From the human T2T-CHM13v2.0 reference genome, Homo sapiens: DNA of 64,000 nucleotides. The stretch is from NCBI RefSeq assembly GCF_009914755.1, contig NC_060929.1; one strand, 5' to 3'. Shown here piece by piece: positions 29,387-48,057 of this stretch. Position 1 is the first letter of the stretch, and each line of letters opens with the position of its first letter. The notes below the pieces were generated by a model. The model was not told where the DNA came from, did no database searches, and worked only from the letters and a program-made list of their open reading frames with translations. A program made the translations under genes and the position numbers.

Positions 29387-29989
29387 TGTAATTTTTAATG
29401 GTAGTCATTTGACTTCTAACATACTCTTCAAAAAGCTGTACCTAATTTCTTCATATTGATAGGGGGAAAGTACAGAAACCAAATTATTTGCTCCTTAGAT
29501 AACCTATGTTTCTATTTCCGCTTGTGTACATACAAACAATGAAGAACTGAGAGGATCAAACATACACTAAATATGGAATTTTGAGGCTATCATACTCCCA
29601 AGTAAATGCAAACAAATGCGCTTTGATTAATCCCTAAAAGCCTTAACATGTGCAGCACATCTGGGAAGGAATGCATATTGGGACAAAGAAGACAGAGGAG
29701 CTAAGAAGTTTGAGATTTTCTCACCATCAAGCCCAGGTCCTTTTCATGCTTTCATTTAATTGTCATCAGCCTCCTCAGCTAGAATAAAGTATTTTGTAAT
29801 TCATTAAGCTACAATTAGGGACAGCTTCTGCAGTTTCAGTTACTCATGCATAATGCTATGAAATACTCTTAAATTTATGGTAACATGAAATTTGTTATCT
29901 ATGACAAATTAATACTTAGGCATACATCAATTGATGAGTTTACAGAACTCTCCAGATCTCTCCATTGGGTGTTAGATAGACCAAAGTAA

Positions 29990-30110
29990 TCAGTATATAT
30001 TGAGCACCTCCTATGCACCAAGCATTTATCTGATATGTTAGAGATACAAAAAGAACATGACATGGCCCTTTTCCTCAAAGGTTTTACAGGACTTAGTGTT
30101 CAGGCAGAAA
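29990..30110 (-). mobile_element. L2 3' end fragment
   Basis: TATTGAGCACCTCCTATGCACCAAGCA...GAGATACAAAAAG. Confidence 0.6.
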
Positions 30111-30658
30111 TGTTTAGCTAGCAATAAACTTCCTTAAATGTAAACTGCCAAATGCATGGTTCGGAAAATTGATGTCGTAGGAATTTCCACTTGTGGTCAC
30201 CACTTTAGTTAGATTAGGTAAAGAAACTTAACTTAGTCTTGAAACAGGTGTCAAAGGATCCAAAGACACAACCAAGGAGTTCTTAATCTATAAGTTGTGT
30301 CCACATTTGGGGTAGAGAAAAGCATGCATTCCTGAAGAAGTAAATATATTCCAATGATAGCAAGAAAGTAGATGGCCTTGAGGCATTGTTCCTCTCAGAG
30401 ATTTCTTATAATTTAGTGGATTAGCAGTTGTTTGTTTGTTCATTTGTTTCTTTTTGACCACCAGAAAGGTCAAGAAAGAGGTCTAGACACAAATACATGG
30501 TGCTAAATAACAATGTAGTCTTTCACATACAAAGATGAAGCCATCAGCTGACCAGATACCTAGCTTTTATTCCCTATGGTGACAGGTGTTTCTGATGCAT
30601 TTAGTTCTATTCTTGCTTGTGGCTCCTTCTGAACAGGTAAACATTTGAGAAGTAATTG

Positions 30659-30900
30659 CTGGTGAAGAGCACAAGCTATAGAGTGAGAAAACTCTGATTG
30701 CACTTTCTAGCTTAGTCACTTACTAGGCATAAGACGTGAGCCAAATTATTTGCTCTCCGTAAGCTTGGGTCTCCTGCTTAGTGAAATGTGAGAGATAAAC
30801 ACTCAAATCAAAGAAGAATTATAAGAATCCAATTCGATAGTGCTTGTGAAGCACCTGATATTTAGTAGGTACTTAAAACAAAAACTGGCTGCTATTCTTG
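30659..30900 (+). mobile_element. MIR
   Basis: GGTGAAGAGCAC...CACTTACTAG...TGTGAAGCACCTG. Confidence 0.65.
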
Positions 30901-33089
30901 TCATTAATCCTGAAAGCAGGCTCCAGCTATGGAAAACATTCTGTCAAATGACCCTCCCTGCTGCCTCCAGGACTGGCCAACAACCTCATTACCACCAGCT
31001 GGTCTAACTGGCCACAAACCAAGGAAAATAGAAAACATCCAAACCAAAATGCTAGATAACTAAAGAAACATCAAAAAAGTAGAACAAATGGGAAAACTGA
31101 CTGGAAAGGCTCAAATCAGCCAACAAGAAAACAGAGTCCCTATTCTGCAAGGCCATGTGGACACTGAACTGTAAATGGCTTTTGCTAAAAATGTTCATTC
31201 ATAAGCAAATGCATATATGTTATGCTCTTTCTCCATATTTTAATCCCTTATACAGCTGTTGCCTCACTTTCATATTCCTTTGTTGTAATGCTGCCAGCAT
31301 TCTCCTTCCTCCCTCCTCATTAAGAAGAATGAATTGAACAAGCTACATGGAGAGATTTACACTGCAAGGGCTGTCAGAGGGAATTCCAACACAATGATTT
31401 ACTTCGGTATCAAATTCAAAACGAGGATCAGAAATCCTGCATTATCATCTATAATGAATCTATTTCATCAACTAATTTAAAATCATGCATAATTCATTAC
31501 GTGCATTATTCATTTATATTTAGCATGTATTTCCCTAGATGTGGTCTCTATGCTAACTTTGCCTCACTATTTTTTCTGCATAAAATGATTATACGTTTCT
31601 TTATTGGTGAAAACAGAATGACTTTTTGTCAAATTGGGTCACTAATTTTCCTATATAACACAATAATACTTCCTGCCTTTTATTTTCAAAACCCTTTCCT
31701 TTACATTGTCATTTTATCCTTCTAGTAATCATGTTTTTATCAATCTTGTGTTATTTTATTTTAAAAGTAAGTAATCCATCATTCCAAAAGAATGAGAAAG
31801 TTGCTCAAATAAAATGTAATGTCAGATTTGAATCTAGAATTAAAATCTTCTGGCTTCTAAGTTCTCCAATTTTTAAAGCAAAGATCCAAAATTTGGGGAG
31901 TTTTGTCTTGAGAAATTATCTATATGAAAACAATGTACAAGTTTTTGGTGATAGCTTTTTAGCTAATGAATCAGTTTTAAGTCTTCTCTATTAACCCAAT
32001 ATGATAATACTATCTGAAAATGTAGTTTTTTTATTATATTACAGGTATAGTAAGGCCAATAAATTAGGAAATAGAGGGCTATTATGAGTAGAGGGACCAT
32101 ATAAATTGTTATCTACACTGGGACACTTTTGAGGGTGAAAGTGTCACTTAATAAGTATACAGTGACAAAAGGCATAAATGGTTTCAATCCCAGACAAACA
32201 GGATTGTATGAGCACCTGAGCAGTGGGAAAGAGAAGACCCAGCTAACTATGACACGCTATGACACTGGCTTTAGAGATGTTTTACCTCATGTATCATCTC
32301 TGAGTCTTTACTGGACATCGGGCAGTCAGCATTTGAAAGTTACTTTGTGATTATGTTACTCCATCAGGTTCCTCCTAAATGTCCAAGTCTAGCCCACCTA
32401 TATTTCCCCCTTACTCCCTCTGCCTTCTGAGTGACCCAGGTGCTTCCCTATGTGGCCTCTTCTCTTGGGAGGTAACAAGTTACCATTGGGAATAAAAGCT
32501 AGATATCTGGTATACTGATGACTTCATCTTTATATATAAAAGCAAAATGAATATGAAGATTCATCCACCCTTCTGTGGGAAACTATTGCAATGTTAAAGA
32601 ACGGTAGGGCTCACAATCTAAATTTAATCCTAAAAGGAATTTATTAAGTGCCATAAACTAACCAACAACTCAAGATATCACTAAGAATATGGTATTTTAT
32701 AGAGCCAAGAAAAAGCACCATCTATAAGAATAAAAGTAAGAGAAAAGCATGTTAAACTGGTGAAACAAGTCTGATGTAAGTAGAATTTATACTATTTGCA
32801 TGTATAGTTCTAATGTGATTGAAGAAAAACTGTAGGAGGTTATACTGCAACTGCTGACTATGGAGGGCCTTACACCTCACAGTAAAAGGTACCAAGAGTC
32901 TATACTCTATGCCTAAATACAGGGATGTTTATGATTTAATTTTATGTGCAATATTACTCCACAATACATGGTTTATCTACATTCCTTCATAAAGCTGAAT
33001 ACAGAGCTATAGAAGTTATGCAAACATGCATCATAAGAACTTATAAGTACCTTCAAATATACAGGAATAAACTGTTAAGAGGTCTCAAA

Positions 33090-33310
33090 GGAAGGAAATA
33101 GCAGGGCTGGCACAAGGTGATTGTAATATTGAGGGAGCAAGAAAAGTTTCCTGGAGAAGGCAAGATTTGAAACCATCACTGAAAGATGGAATGAATTTTG
33201 ACAATCAAAGGGATGTGAGAGGCATTCTGGGCAGAGGTAATGATGCAAGAAAGGTAAGAAAGTGATATACTCCTCATTGCTGGAGTTCAAGACTGCAAAG
33301 GTAGGTCAGG
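33090..33310 (-). mobile_element. L2 fragment
   Basis: TTCCTGGAGAAGG...GGCATTCTGGGCAGAGG. Confidence 0.55.
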
Positions 33311-34139
33311 GGACCAGAGGGTGAGAGATCATCAAGTTAACCAGCTTCTAACACAGTCTTTCTGTATAGCAGTTGCAGAGGAATGATTCGGTTATAATCT
33401 CTAAAAATTTGCCATGATTGTTGTGATTATTCACGAGAATTAGTATACCTTTGGGAAATAGAATATTGATGAATGTATTTGTACTCTCAGATTCAAAGGT
33501 AAAATCGCACAAGTCAGCCCAGCTGTGGGCAACCTAGATAAGAAATGAAAATGTAAAATTCTTTTTTAATTTAAAAGCAAACATAGCAAAAGTAAGGTTG
33601 CAAACGAGCAAGGACTCTCATTGGGTTTTCCCACATTAAAGTCTTAGATAAAATACAGCTACTTTTTCAGTATTTTATGAAACCTTAAAGTTTCATAAAA
33701 ACTTTAAGGGTGCATTAAAAAGCTTTTGAATTTCATGAAACTGAAGGATGGTATTTCTTTGGAACAACGTAATAGAATCATTAGGACATTAACTTATTAT
33801 CCCTACAGAAAATGTCTTACAAACTCCTTGCTAATAATAGTAGCTAACACATAGTAGTGCTTGCTATGTGCCAAGTATTGTAAACACTTTACATATATTG
33901 ACCAAAACGACCTTTTGTTCAAATAGAATTGTAAACCCAGTCAAAAAAAAAAAAAGGAAAAGGAAGCTAACACATCAGTAGCCTTGCATAGCCACAGAAG
34001 ATCTGCTAGGCTCTGAGGGAATGCAGTTTGAAAAACACTGTTGCAGGCTTCCCACAGAAACGGACACCATGCACCATGAATACAGTGTCAGTGAATGTTT
34101 GCATAGCTCCTACTTTGGGAACTATGAGAATATTGTAAA

Positions 34140-34410
34140 CAAGAGCAGATAGGTCTATTTTCCCTGCACGTCTAAAAATAATGTACTGGTTGCCAACATT
34201 TTAAAATTAGACTTGATACTGAAATCTGAATGCCTGGTTTCTCCTAGAAAATACAAACATCCAGAAACCATAGATCCCATCCTTCTATAGGACGGCCATA
34301 TCCTGTAAGGCAGAGGCCTGGTGTCCCTGTAGGCAATCTCAGGGCTCTGTTCTTCAGCTGTCCACCATCCCTACCACACCCCCTTCCAGGCCCACACGAT
34401 TTGAGTCTAA
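34140..34410. mobile_element. MER102-like hAT-Charlie relic
   Basis: GGTTGCCAACATTTTAAAATTAG shared with the 13.8-kb element; ends GATTTGAGT. Confidence 0.6.
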
Positions 34411-35347
34411 AAAGCTTAGTTTAGGGTAAAATTTCAAGTGCTTAAATATAGGTTGCTTGGACAGTTTGGCTCAGACTGTTACTGGATCAGAAAGAGGTTC
34501 TCCTGGAATTTTTCAACTCAGCTATGAGAAACTGGAAGTTCAGATAATGTGGCCAGCCACCTAGTATTTGAACACATAATCTTAGTTTTTCAATTATTTT
34601 TATTTACCTTTGTTCCATGACAGAACTAGAAATGATCGGGGCAACACCCTCCTTTCGTAGATAGGAATACTTGAGCCAGTTACAGTGTAATCAGTCCTAG
34701 GATAACAGTCACTAGTCTTAGGTTTCTTCATACATTACCAGCTCTCAACACCATCAAACTTCTGCCAGATTTTCAAGAATCACTTCCTGAAAGAAGTGTA
34801 CTTTTGGCCCATTTTTAAACATTTTAATTTATTGTTATTGGAGTTTATATATTGCAGGTGTTTAAGAGAAAAGAGATGTAGTTTAACCTTAAATTAAATA
34901 AAAGAATTGGAAGGAAAAATAAATTGTTCCAATCATTAAATGTACATTATAGAAACTGTGAGCTTTTTGTTTTTAAGACAGGCATAGTTCATCATTCAAG
35001 AATGACATTAAGTCTATATTTTTCTACCGTAGGTAAAAACGGCAGGGACTGAGCATGGCCTCAAACTTAAAGAACAATGAGCCAATCCATTAAAATTTAC
35101 AATCCTATTCCTGGAGCAAAGAAAAGCCTCCAGAGGTCTTTCTTAGCTTGGCCTCAAATTCTAATTATAACCCATAAAGGGATTTCTTAATCCTAGAATA
35201 GCTTCTTTGAAGTTAAAGAGTAAAGAATGAAATAACACCAACTAAGTGTTCATGTGTGAGTACCTAGGAAGGTCATGGTCAAGGCTAGGAAGGGGAGATG
35301 TTCATATACCAGGACTTTCCTGGAGTAACACTGGCCATATAATCAAC

Positions 35348-36049
<702 letters not shown>

Positions 36050-37274
36050 TCAGCACAAGTCAAAAGAGAAGAGAAAAAAAAAATCATAAGGACCAGAATA
36101 TAGACCTTGATTTAGCCACAGAGACTGGATACAGAGGATCCCACTCCTGATTCCAAGAAACCCTTATCTCACTACTACATGAATCAGGCTTCTCAGAATC
36201 ACAGCAAAAGTATGATTCTTCTCCTCCAACCACATTCCAATGTCTGTATATCCACTGCACACTTAATGTGTAAAAGAAAAAATTAGGAAGGCCCAGGCTA
36301 GGAAGCTCTCAAAGTCAACCTTTGCAGAACACAAAGTGAAGACCTTCTTAAATGTTGCCCTCTGGGCATCTCTCTTGGTTCGTCCTAGTCTTCACACTCA
36401 GAACATCAAATTGTTAAAAGCTAAAAGAGCTGAAACGGAGAGGTCACAGAGCTTCTGATACAAATTCCAGGTCAGCCTCATGTTTATGTCAGAAGGATAA
36501 AAATCAAGGACAACCAAAATAATTTCCTTCTTCCCTATTTTAGATAGCATCCAGAAGAGGAAATAAAGATGATGAAAGAAGGCTGATGGACATAAAGTTA
36601 TTTGAAACATGTATGTTGTCTAAGTTATACAGAGGACATGTTAAATCCTACCTGCTATTTTTCAAGTAAGAATTGTGTAGCTTAAAAAAAGAATAGAAGA
36701 ACAATTATGGCTATAGAGATGCTTATGGCAAACACATACCTTGATCATAGCAAGGTGGTAAAGTAGTACCACAACTGGACCACCCACCAACATCTAGCAG
36801 AGGGCAGAGGACATGGGAAAGTAACGTAAACATGACATCACTTAGTTTAATAATTCTAAGTTTCTTCTACACTTTCACTGGGCGTGCATCAGATTCAAAC
36901 CTATTCAGTGTGGAAGTTGATTTTTTAACACATTATTGCAACAATACCAAGTGTTCTGTGCTCAGGGTTTTTTTTAAGCAATAAGTCATGCTTCATACTT
37001 GCTTTGGATAGTCCACTTAAATGTCAAGCCTCGCTGAGAGACAATGGTTTTGATTCAGTTGCTTTATTTATTTGTTTCCTCGAGGTCTCTGCCAGATTGT
37101 GTTTACAACACAAAATAACATATAATATGAAACTTCATTAGCTTTTACAAGGTCACTAACCACATTTCTTGACAAGCACCTGGTTTAGTTGGGGGATATT
37201 TCAATGATGTGATTAAACTTTCCTAAAGCAATCTTTAGTTTAATTATGGCATAAACTTAACATAATTGGATTAC

Positions 37275-37610
37275 TTAGCCTGGAGGGGAAAAAAAGGCTG
37301 AAAAGTGACTTAGTAACTGCCTTAACTATGTAAAGGATTTTTTTCATTAACACTATTAACTATATGAAGGATTATTATAAGGAATCAGCTATTCTTTAGA
37401 TACAATAATGAAGGAAAAGGCATAAATGGATTTAAGGAAAAGAATTAGGGTTAAGTTAGTAGGGGAATTTTCTGTTGTCTTGTGTGGTTAACTTCTAGAC
37501 TGTATTTTGGAACTGTTATAAAAGATAGCTTCAAAAAAATCACAATCTCTCAAAAGTCTTTAAAAATCACGGATTCCTATCTGTCTGAAATGGCTTTTTC
37601 CTCAAGTCCC
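37275..37610 (+). mobile_element. CR1/L3 3' fragment
   Basis: AGCCTGGAGGGG..AGGCTGA...TATATGAAGG...GTCTTTAAAAA..CTATCTGTCTG pattern typical of L3. Confidence 0.55.
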
Positions 37611-39279
37611 TTAAGTTTCCATCTAGAAAAGCTGATCATCTTACTCACATAAAAATGTTCCCAGCAGCAGCTCCCTCAGCCCCTAGTACAGTGTGTTATA
37701 TATAGTGTACACTCTGTAAATGTTTATGGAATGACAATGAGTGAATAGAAAAAGGAGTAGTGCAGTAGCCAAAATCCACAAGCTTATTTCACTGAATTCA
37801 CTCTACTGTGGAACAACAGTAACCACATCCAATTTTTCAGTGAAAAATATTCTAAGAAGCATTTTCTTCAGTGCTAGATTATGTATTAATTAGAATAAAA
37901 GCATCATTGCCAGAATAGATATTACAAGGGGGCCCTAAAAATATATCTGTTTAGACACATCTCCACCAGCCTAAAAACATTTCCCAAGCCATGTGTCATC
38001 CACGAGGTGGCTCTTCCTGGCAATGAGAGATTAACACTCCTTAACCTTGAGGCTCCAGCTCTGTCTGTATTTGGTATCTCATAGACTCAAAGAAATGATG
38101 TTTCTCAGCAAAAAAATGAAGAATTATGACATTACTGAGAACACAGACAGCAGAATTTAATGGCTGCCTCTTCAGGATTTAGTAACTAGGACAACCAGTT
38201 TGTGGCTGATATTTCTACTCTAGATCTAAATTCCCAAGTGCAAATCTGATTGGGTCAGCAAGTCTCACATACCTGGGTCGTGGCCAAAGAATAGATCCTC
38301 AATGGGAAAACCAGATGTTTAACAAGACTAAGAGGAACATGTGCCAGACATGCAAAAAAATATTAATTAAAAAAAAAACATGACCACTTCAGCATCCTCC
38401 ACCTCGACAGATGGAAAGTAGGAATTTCAACCAATGCAACAGAGCATGTCTAATTTAGAATTAGGAAGATGAGTGACATTACCATTTCAGGATATATTCT
38501 GAGAAGTCAGGGCACTCATTTGCAAATGACTGGTTTCCAATAGCTCCTAATTTCTTTCCATCACTTTCTCCCACATCAGTTTCCATCAACTGCAGACAGT
38601 GTCATAGGACCAGGGGAAAATAACTTCAAGTTTCTCAGAATACAGAGATAAATTCAAAAACATGTAAAAAACAGTGGGCTACTTATCAGTCACTATAGCA
38701 GACTTTTTAGGCTCCTAAATTGATTTTTCATTACCCCTGTTCTTCCTATTTGTAAGTCAAACTATGGTCTATTCTGCTTTATATCTTTGGAGATTTCTAG
38801 TCCTGGTTTACTAACTCTCTGTAATTTAAAATGTGGGTCAAGAGCAAGCTGCAAAGTCCTTTAATTAATTATGCTCTTCACAGCTTTAGAATTCTCCTTC
38901 CAGTGACAGCTCATCACCTACTGCTTCACTTTATTTTCTTAAGCCAACCAGAATAATTCTGCTTGCGTTTTGTCTCTTCCTTATATCCCATCAGTCACTC
39001 CAAAATCCTCCATAACAAACTTAAAGATTATAGTAGGAATTTTATACAAGTTTGACAAGAAACTCAGAACTGAGTGAAAACACAGTTATTAGAATTATCA
39101 CAAATCTATAATACAAATTGAAATACTGGGACTATTTTCAATTATATGTGTAATTATTCAGGAAATAAAGCTAAATTATAATATTTAAAGGTTGAAATCA
39201 AATTGGAAGACAATGTTATCAAATCTTAAAGTTCTTCAGAGCTATTTATTTTGCACCAAATACTGTACATTCAGTTTTT

Positions 39280-39730
39280 AAATAACTTTACTTTTTAGAG
39301 AGGTTCACAGCAAAATGGAGAAGGTGCAGAACATATTCCCACATACTATACTCTTCGCCCCACACGTGCACAGCACCCCCAACCCCACCCCATTATCAAC
39401 ATCCCTCTCCAGAATGGTACCTTTGTTACAATGGGCAAACCTACACTGACATGTAATCACTCAAAGTCCATAGTTTACATGAGGGTTCACTCTTGGTGTC
39501 GTACATTCTATGTGTTTGTACAAATGTGTAATGGCATGTATCCACAATGACAGTATCATACAACATAGTTTCACTGCCCTAAAAATCCTGTATGCTCCAC
39601 CTATTCATTCCTCCCTCTCCCCAACCCCTGGCAATTAATGATCTTTTCACTGTATTCATAGTTTTGGCTTTTCCAGAATCTCATATAGCTGGAATCATAT
39701 GGCATTTAACCTTTCCAAATTAATCTTTCA
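39280..39730 (-). mobile_element. L1MC1-like 3' end
   Basis: Same family as 7195-8365 (AGGTTCACAGCAAAAT...GTTTACATGAGGGTTCACTCTTGG). Confidence 0.85.
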
Positions 39731-39966
39731 CTTAATTTCTTTCATGTATTTTTATCTTACATTTAATTTTTAATTCCCCAAACATTTATTGAGCACCTGT
39801 TGTGCTATGCTAGGAATTGGAATACGATGAGAAACAAAATAATTCACTGCCTAATTTCTACATTTATAGAATGTCTGGATGTAAGCAAAATAAAAAAGAG
39901 TAAATAAACAATTATATATAATGACAAATGAACATAGTTGTTTTTAAGGAAACAAATAAGGTACAA

Positions 39967-40552
39967 TGTGTTTTGGGGTCTCTAATATCACTCTCAGGCT
40001 TGATGATTCACTAGAAAAATTCACAGGACTCAGAAAAGCAGTTACACTCACAGTTATGGTTTGTTACAGAGAAAGAATCCAACAAAGGGAAAACGCACCT
40101 GGGATAATTTCCATGAGGAGCCAAGCAAACTCCCAGGTGTCTCTCCCAGTGAAGTTACATGGGGATGTACTAATCCCTCTCAGGAATGATGTACAACAAC
40201 ACATATAGGTGTTACCAACCAGGGAAGCTCACCTGAGGCTTGGCGTCCAGGGTTTTCATTAGGGAGCCAGAAACAAAGACATGTAGCTCACTTGCCACTG
40301 GCCTCAACTACTCAGACTCTGGTTCCCTCAGCAAAAACAGGCACTCAACATAAATCACATTGTTAGCATAAGCTGTGTAACCAAAATGGCACTGTGTGGC
40401 ACAAGGTGTCAGGCATACAAAATCCTCATATCAGGCAGAATATTCCCAAGGCTCAGAAGTTATCTTCCAGAGATGATCTAAAAACAGACCTTTCTTTGGA
40501 ATGTGCAGAATGTGAGCACCTCAAGCTTGCTGAATTAACCCTTTACTGCACA
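39967..40552 (-). mobile_element. MER77/MER21-group LTR
   Basis: TGTGTTTTGGGGTC...GATGATTCACTAGAA...CACAGGACTCAGAAAAGC...CCCTTTACTGCACA. Confidence 0.8.
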
Positions 40553-41083
40553 CTATGAAAGAGAGCAATGAGGTATATCTAGTTTAAATTGGTCCTTCAG
40601 GGATCCCCTCAATGAGGAAATAACATTTTATTTGAGACTTCAAGGATGAGCAGGCAAAAAGAAGAGTGTTTCAACCAGAGGGAGCAAGTGTGAACTTTCT
40701 TAGATGGCCCTTTAGGGAACTAAATTAAGGACAGTGTGTCAGAAAGAGGGGAGAATGGCTCAAGATAAGCACACAAAAGTAGCTAGGGACTAAATTGCAA
40801 TAGTCTAAAAAGCCGTGTTAAATATAATTCTACTTTTATACATCCCAAATACAACAGAAAATCACTGGGGCATTTTAAGATTTTTTTAGGGTTTAAAAAA
40901 TAATCCTGGCTTCTTCATAACAAATGCATTGGAAGGAATTAAGAGCAATATAGAGAGACCAGTTACAAGGCTACTAAAATAGTTCTAATAAAAAAGATGG
41001 CAGCTTGGACCAAGAGATGCAGTGAGGATGAAGTGAAATAGATATATTCAAAATATATTTTGAGGCTTAGAAATTTTAGGATC

Positions 41084-41379
41084 AGCCAGGTGTGGTGGCT
41101 CACGCCTGTAATCCTCGCACTTCTGGAGGCAGATCACCTGAGGTTGGGAGTTCGAGACCAGCCTGAACAATATGGAGAAACCGCATCTCTACTAAAAACA
41201 CGAAATTAGCCGGGCATCATGGCACATGACTGTAATCCTAGCTACTCAGGAGGCTGAGGTGGAAGAATCGCCTGAACCCAGCAGGTGGAGCTTGCAGTGA
41301 GCAGAGTTCACACCACTGCATGCAGCCTGGGTGACAGAGCGAGATTCCATCTCAAAAAAAATAAAAAAGAAAAAGAAAC
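41084..41379 (+). mobile_element. AluSp-like
   Basis: GAGGTTGGGAGTTCGAG...ATGGAGAAACC diagnostics; TSD AAATTTTAGGATC(A) on both sides. Confidence 0.93.
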
Positions 41380-41535
41380 AAATTTTAGGATCACTTCCAT
41401 ATTCCATATTTCTGCCTCGGACAAGTGAATTAATGGAGGATATACTTACTCTAGTGAGGAAGCCTGGAGGAAGATCAGATCCACAGAGGAAAAACCAGGA
41501 ACTTAATACACTGAATACTTTTGGGACAGAGGAGC

Positions 41536-41546
41536 CAAGATGGCCG
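41536..41546 (+). promoter_or_regulatory. YY1 site of the L1 internal sense promoter
   Basis: CAAGATGGCCG at the canonical position near the L1 5' end. Confidence 0.85.
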
Positions 41547-41722
41547 AAAAGGAACTGCTCAGGTCTACAGCTCCCAGCGTGAGTGACGCAGAAGACAGGT
41601 GATTTCTGCATTTCCATCTGAGGTACCGGGTTCATCTCACTAGGGAGTGCCAGACAGTGGGCACAGGTCAGTGGGTGCAGCGCACCGTGCACGAGCCGAA
41701 GTGGGGCGAGGCATTGCCTCAC

Positions 41723-41977
41723 TCAGGAAGCGCAAGGGGTCAGGGAGTTCCCTTTCCTAGTCAAAGAAAGGGGTGACAGATGGCACCTGGAAAATCGGGT
41801 CACTCCCACCCGAATAATGCGCTTTTCCGATGGGTTTAAAAAACGGCACACCAGGAGATTATATCCTGCACCTGGCTTGGAGGGTCCTACGCCCATGGAG
41901 TCTTGCTGATTGCTAGCACAGCAGTCTGAGATCAAACTGCAAGGTGGCAGCGAGGCTGGGGGAGGGGTGCCCGCCAT
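41723..41977 (-). CDS. ORF0: L1 antisense ORF0 (84 aa, open); expression unknown
   Basis: MAGTPPPASLPPCSLISDCCASNQQDS... from the ATG at 41977; CAG|GTGC donors 106 and 191 nt after the ATG. Confidence 0.65.
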   Translation of the reverse strand: MAGTPPPASLPPCSLISDCCASNQQDSMGVGPSKPGAGYNLLVCRFLNPSEKRIIRVGVTRFSRCHLSPLSLTRKGNSLTPCAS

Positions 41978-42560
41978 TGCCCAGGCATGCTTAGGTAAAC
42001 AAAGCAGCCAGGAAGCTCCAACTGGGTGGAGCCCACCACAGCTCAAGGAGGCCTGCCTGCCTCTGTAGGCTCCACCTCTGGGGGCAGGGCACAGACAAAT
42101 AAAAAGACAGCAGTAACTTTTGCAGACTTAAATGTCCCTGTCTGACAGCTCTGAAGAGAGCAGTGGTTTACCCAGCACACAGCTGGAGATCTGAGAACGG
42201 GCAGACTGCCTCTTCGAGTGGGTCCCTGACCCCTGACCACTGAGCAGCCTAACTGGGAGGCACCCCCCAGTAGGGGCAGACTGACACCTCACAGGGCTGG
42301 GTACTCCTCTGAGACAAAACTTCCAGAGGAATGATCACACAGCAGCATTCGCGGTTCACGAAAAACCACTGTTCTGCAGACACCGCTGCTGATACCCAGG
42401 CAAACAGGGTCTGGAGTGGACCTCTAGCAAATTCCAACAGACCTGCAGCTGAGGGTCCTGTCTGTTAGAAGGAAAACTAACAAACAGAAAGGACATCCAC
42501 ACCAAAAACCCATCTGTACATCACCATCATCAAAGACGAAAAGTAGATAAAACCACAAAG

Positions 42561-43571
42561 ATGGGGAAAAAACAGAGCAGAACTGGAAACTCTAAAAAGC
42601 AGAGCACCTCTCCTCCTCCAAAGGATCGCAGTTCCTCACCAGCAATGGAACAAAGCTGGACAGAGAATGACTTTGACGAGTTGAGAGAAGAAGGCTTCAG
42701 ACGATCAAACTATGAGCTACAGGAGGAAATTCAAACCAAAGGCAAAGAAGTTAAAAATTTTGAAAAAAAATTTAGACGAATGTATAACTAGAATAACCAA
42801 TACAGAGAAGTGCTTAAAGGAGCTGATGGAGCTGAAAGCCAAGGCTCGAGAACTACGCGAAGAATGAAGAAGCCTCAGGAGCCAATGCGATCATCTGGAA
42901 GAAAGGGTATCAGCGATGGAAGACGAAATGAATGAAATGAAGTGAGAAGGGAAGTTTAGAGAAAAAAGAAGAAAAAGAAATGAACAAAGCCCCAAGAAAT
43001 ATGGGACTATGTGAAAAGACCAAATCTACGTCTGATTGGTGTACCTGAAAGTGACGGAGAGAATGGAACCAAGTTGGAAAACACTCTGCAGGATATTATC
43101 CAGGAGAACTTCCCCAATCTAGCAAGGCAGGCCAACATTCAGATTCAGGAAATACAGAGAACGCCACAAAGATACTCCTTGAGAAGAGCAACTCCAAGAC
43201 ACATAATTGTCAGATTCTCCAAAGTTGAAATGAAGGAAAAAATGTTAGGGGCAGCTAGAGAGAAAGGTCGGGTTACCCACAAAGGGAAGCCCATCAGACT
43301 AACAGCTGATCTCTCGGCAGAAACTCTACAAGCCAGAAGAGAGTGGGGGTCAATATTCAACATTCTTAAAGAAAAGAATTTTCAACCCAGAATTTCATAT
43401 CCAGCCAAACTAAGCTTCATAAGTGAAGGAGAAATAAAATACTTTACAGACAAGCAAATGCTGAGAGATTTTGTCACCACCAGGCCTGCCCTAAAAGACC
43501 TCCTGAAGGAAGCACTAAACATGGAAAGGAACAACCGGTACCAGCTGCTGCAAAATCATGCCAAAATGTAA
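42561..43571 (+). pseudogene. ORF1: L1 ORF1p, disrupted
   Basis: MGKKQ start; +1 A in the run at ~42773-42780; TGA at 42865 and 42943; C-terminal half (KRPNLRLIGVPE...YPAKLS) open. Confidence 0.95.
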
Positions 43572-43634
43572 AGACCATCAAGTCTAGGAAGAAACTGCAT
43601 CAACTAACAAGCAAAATAACCAGCTAACATCATA

Positions 43635-47461
<3,827 letters not shown>

Positions 47462-47670
47462 ACAATGAGAACACATGGACACAGGAAGGGGAACATCACA
47501 CTCTGGGGACTGTTGTGGGGTGGGGAGAGTGGGGAGGGATAGCACTCGGAGATATACCTAATGCTAGATGACGAGTTAGTGGGTGCAGCGCGTCAGCATG
47601 TCACATGTATACATATGTCACATCCCACCGTAAATAGAAAAAGGATCAGAATAAAAGTGATTTTATCTAA

Positions 47671-48057
<387 letters not shown>

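Larger units (their letters stand above)
39775..41510 (-). mobile_element. L2a interrupted by MER77 and AluSp
   Basis: AACATTTATTGAGCACC 3' terminus; continues after 40552 and after 41393. Confidence 0.7.
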
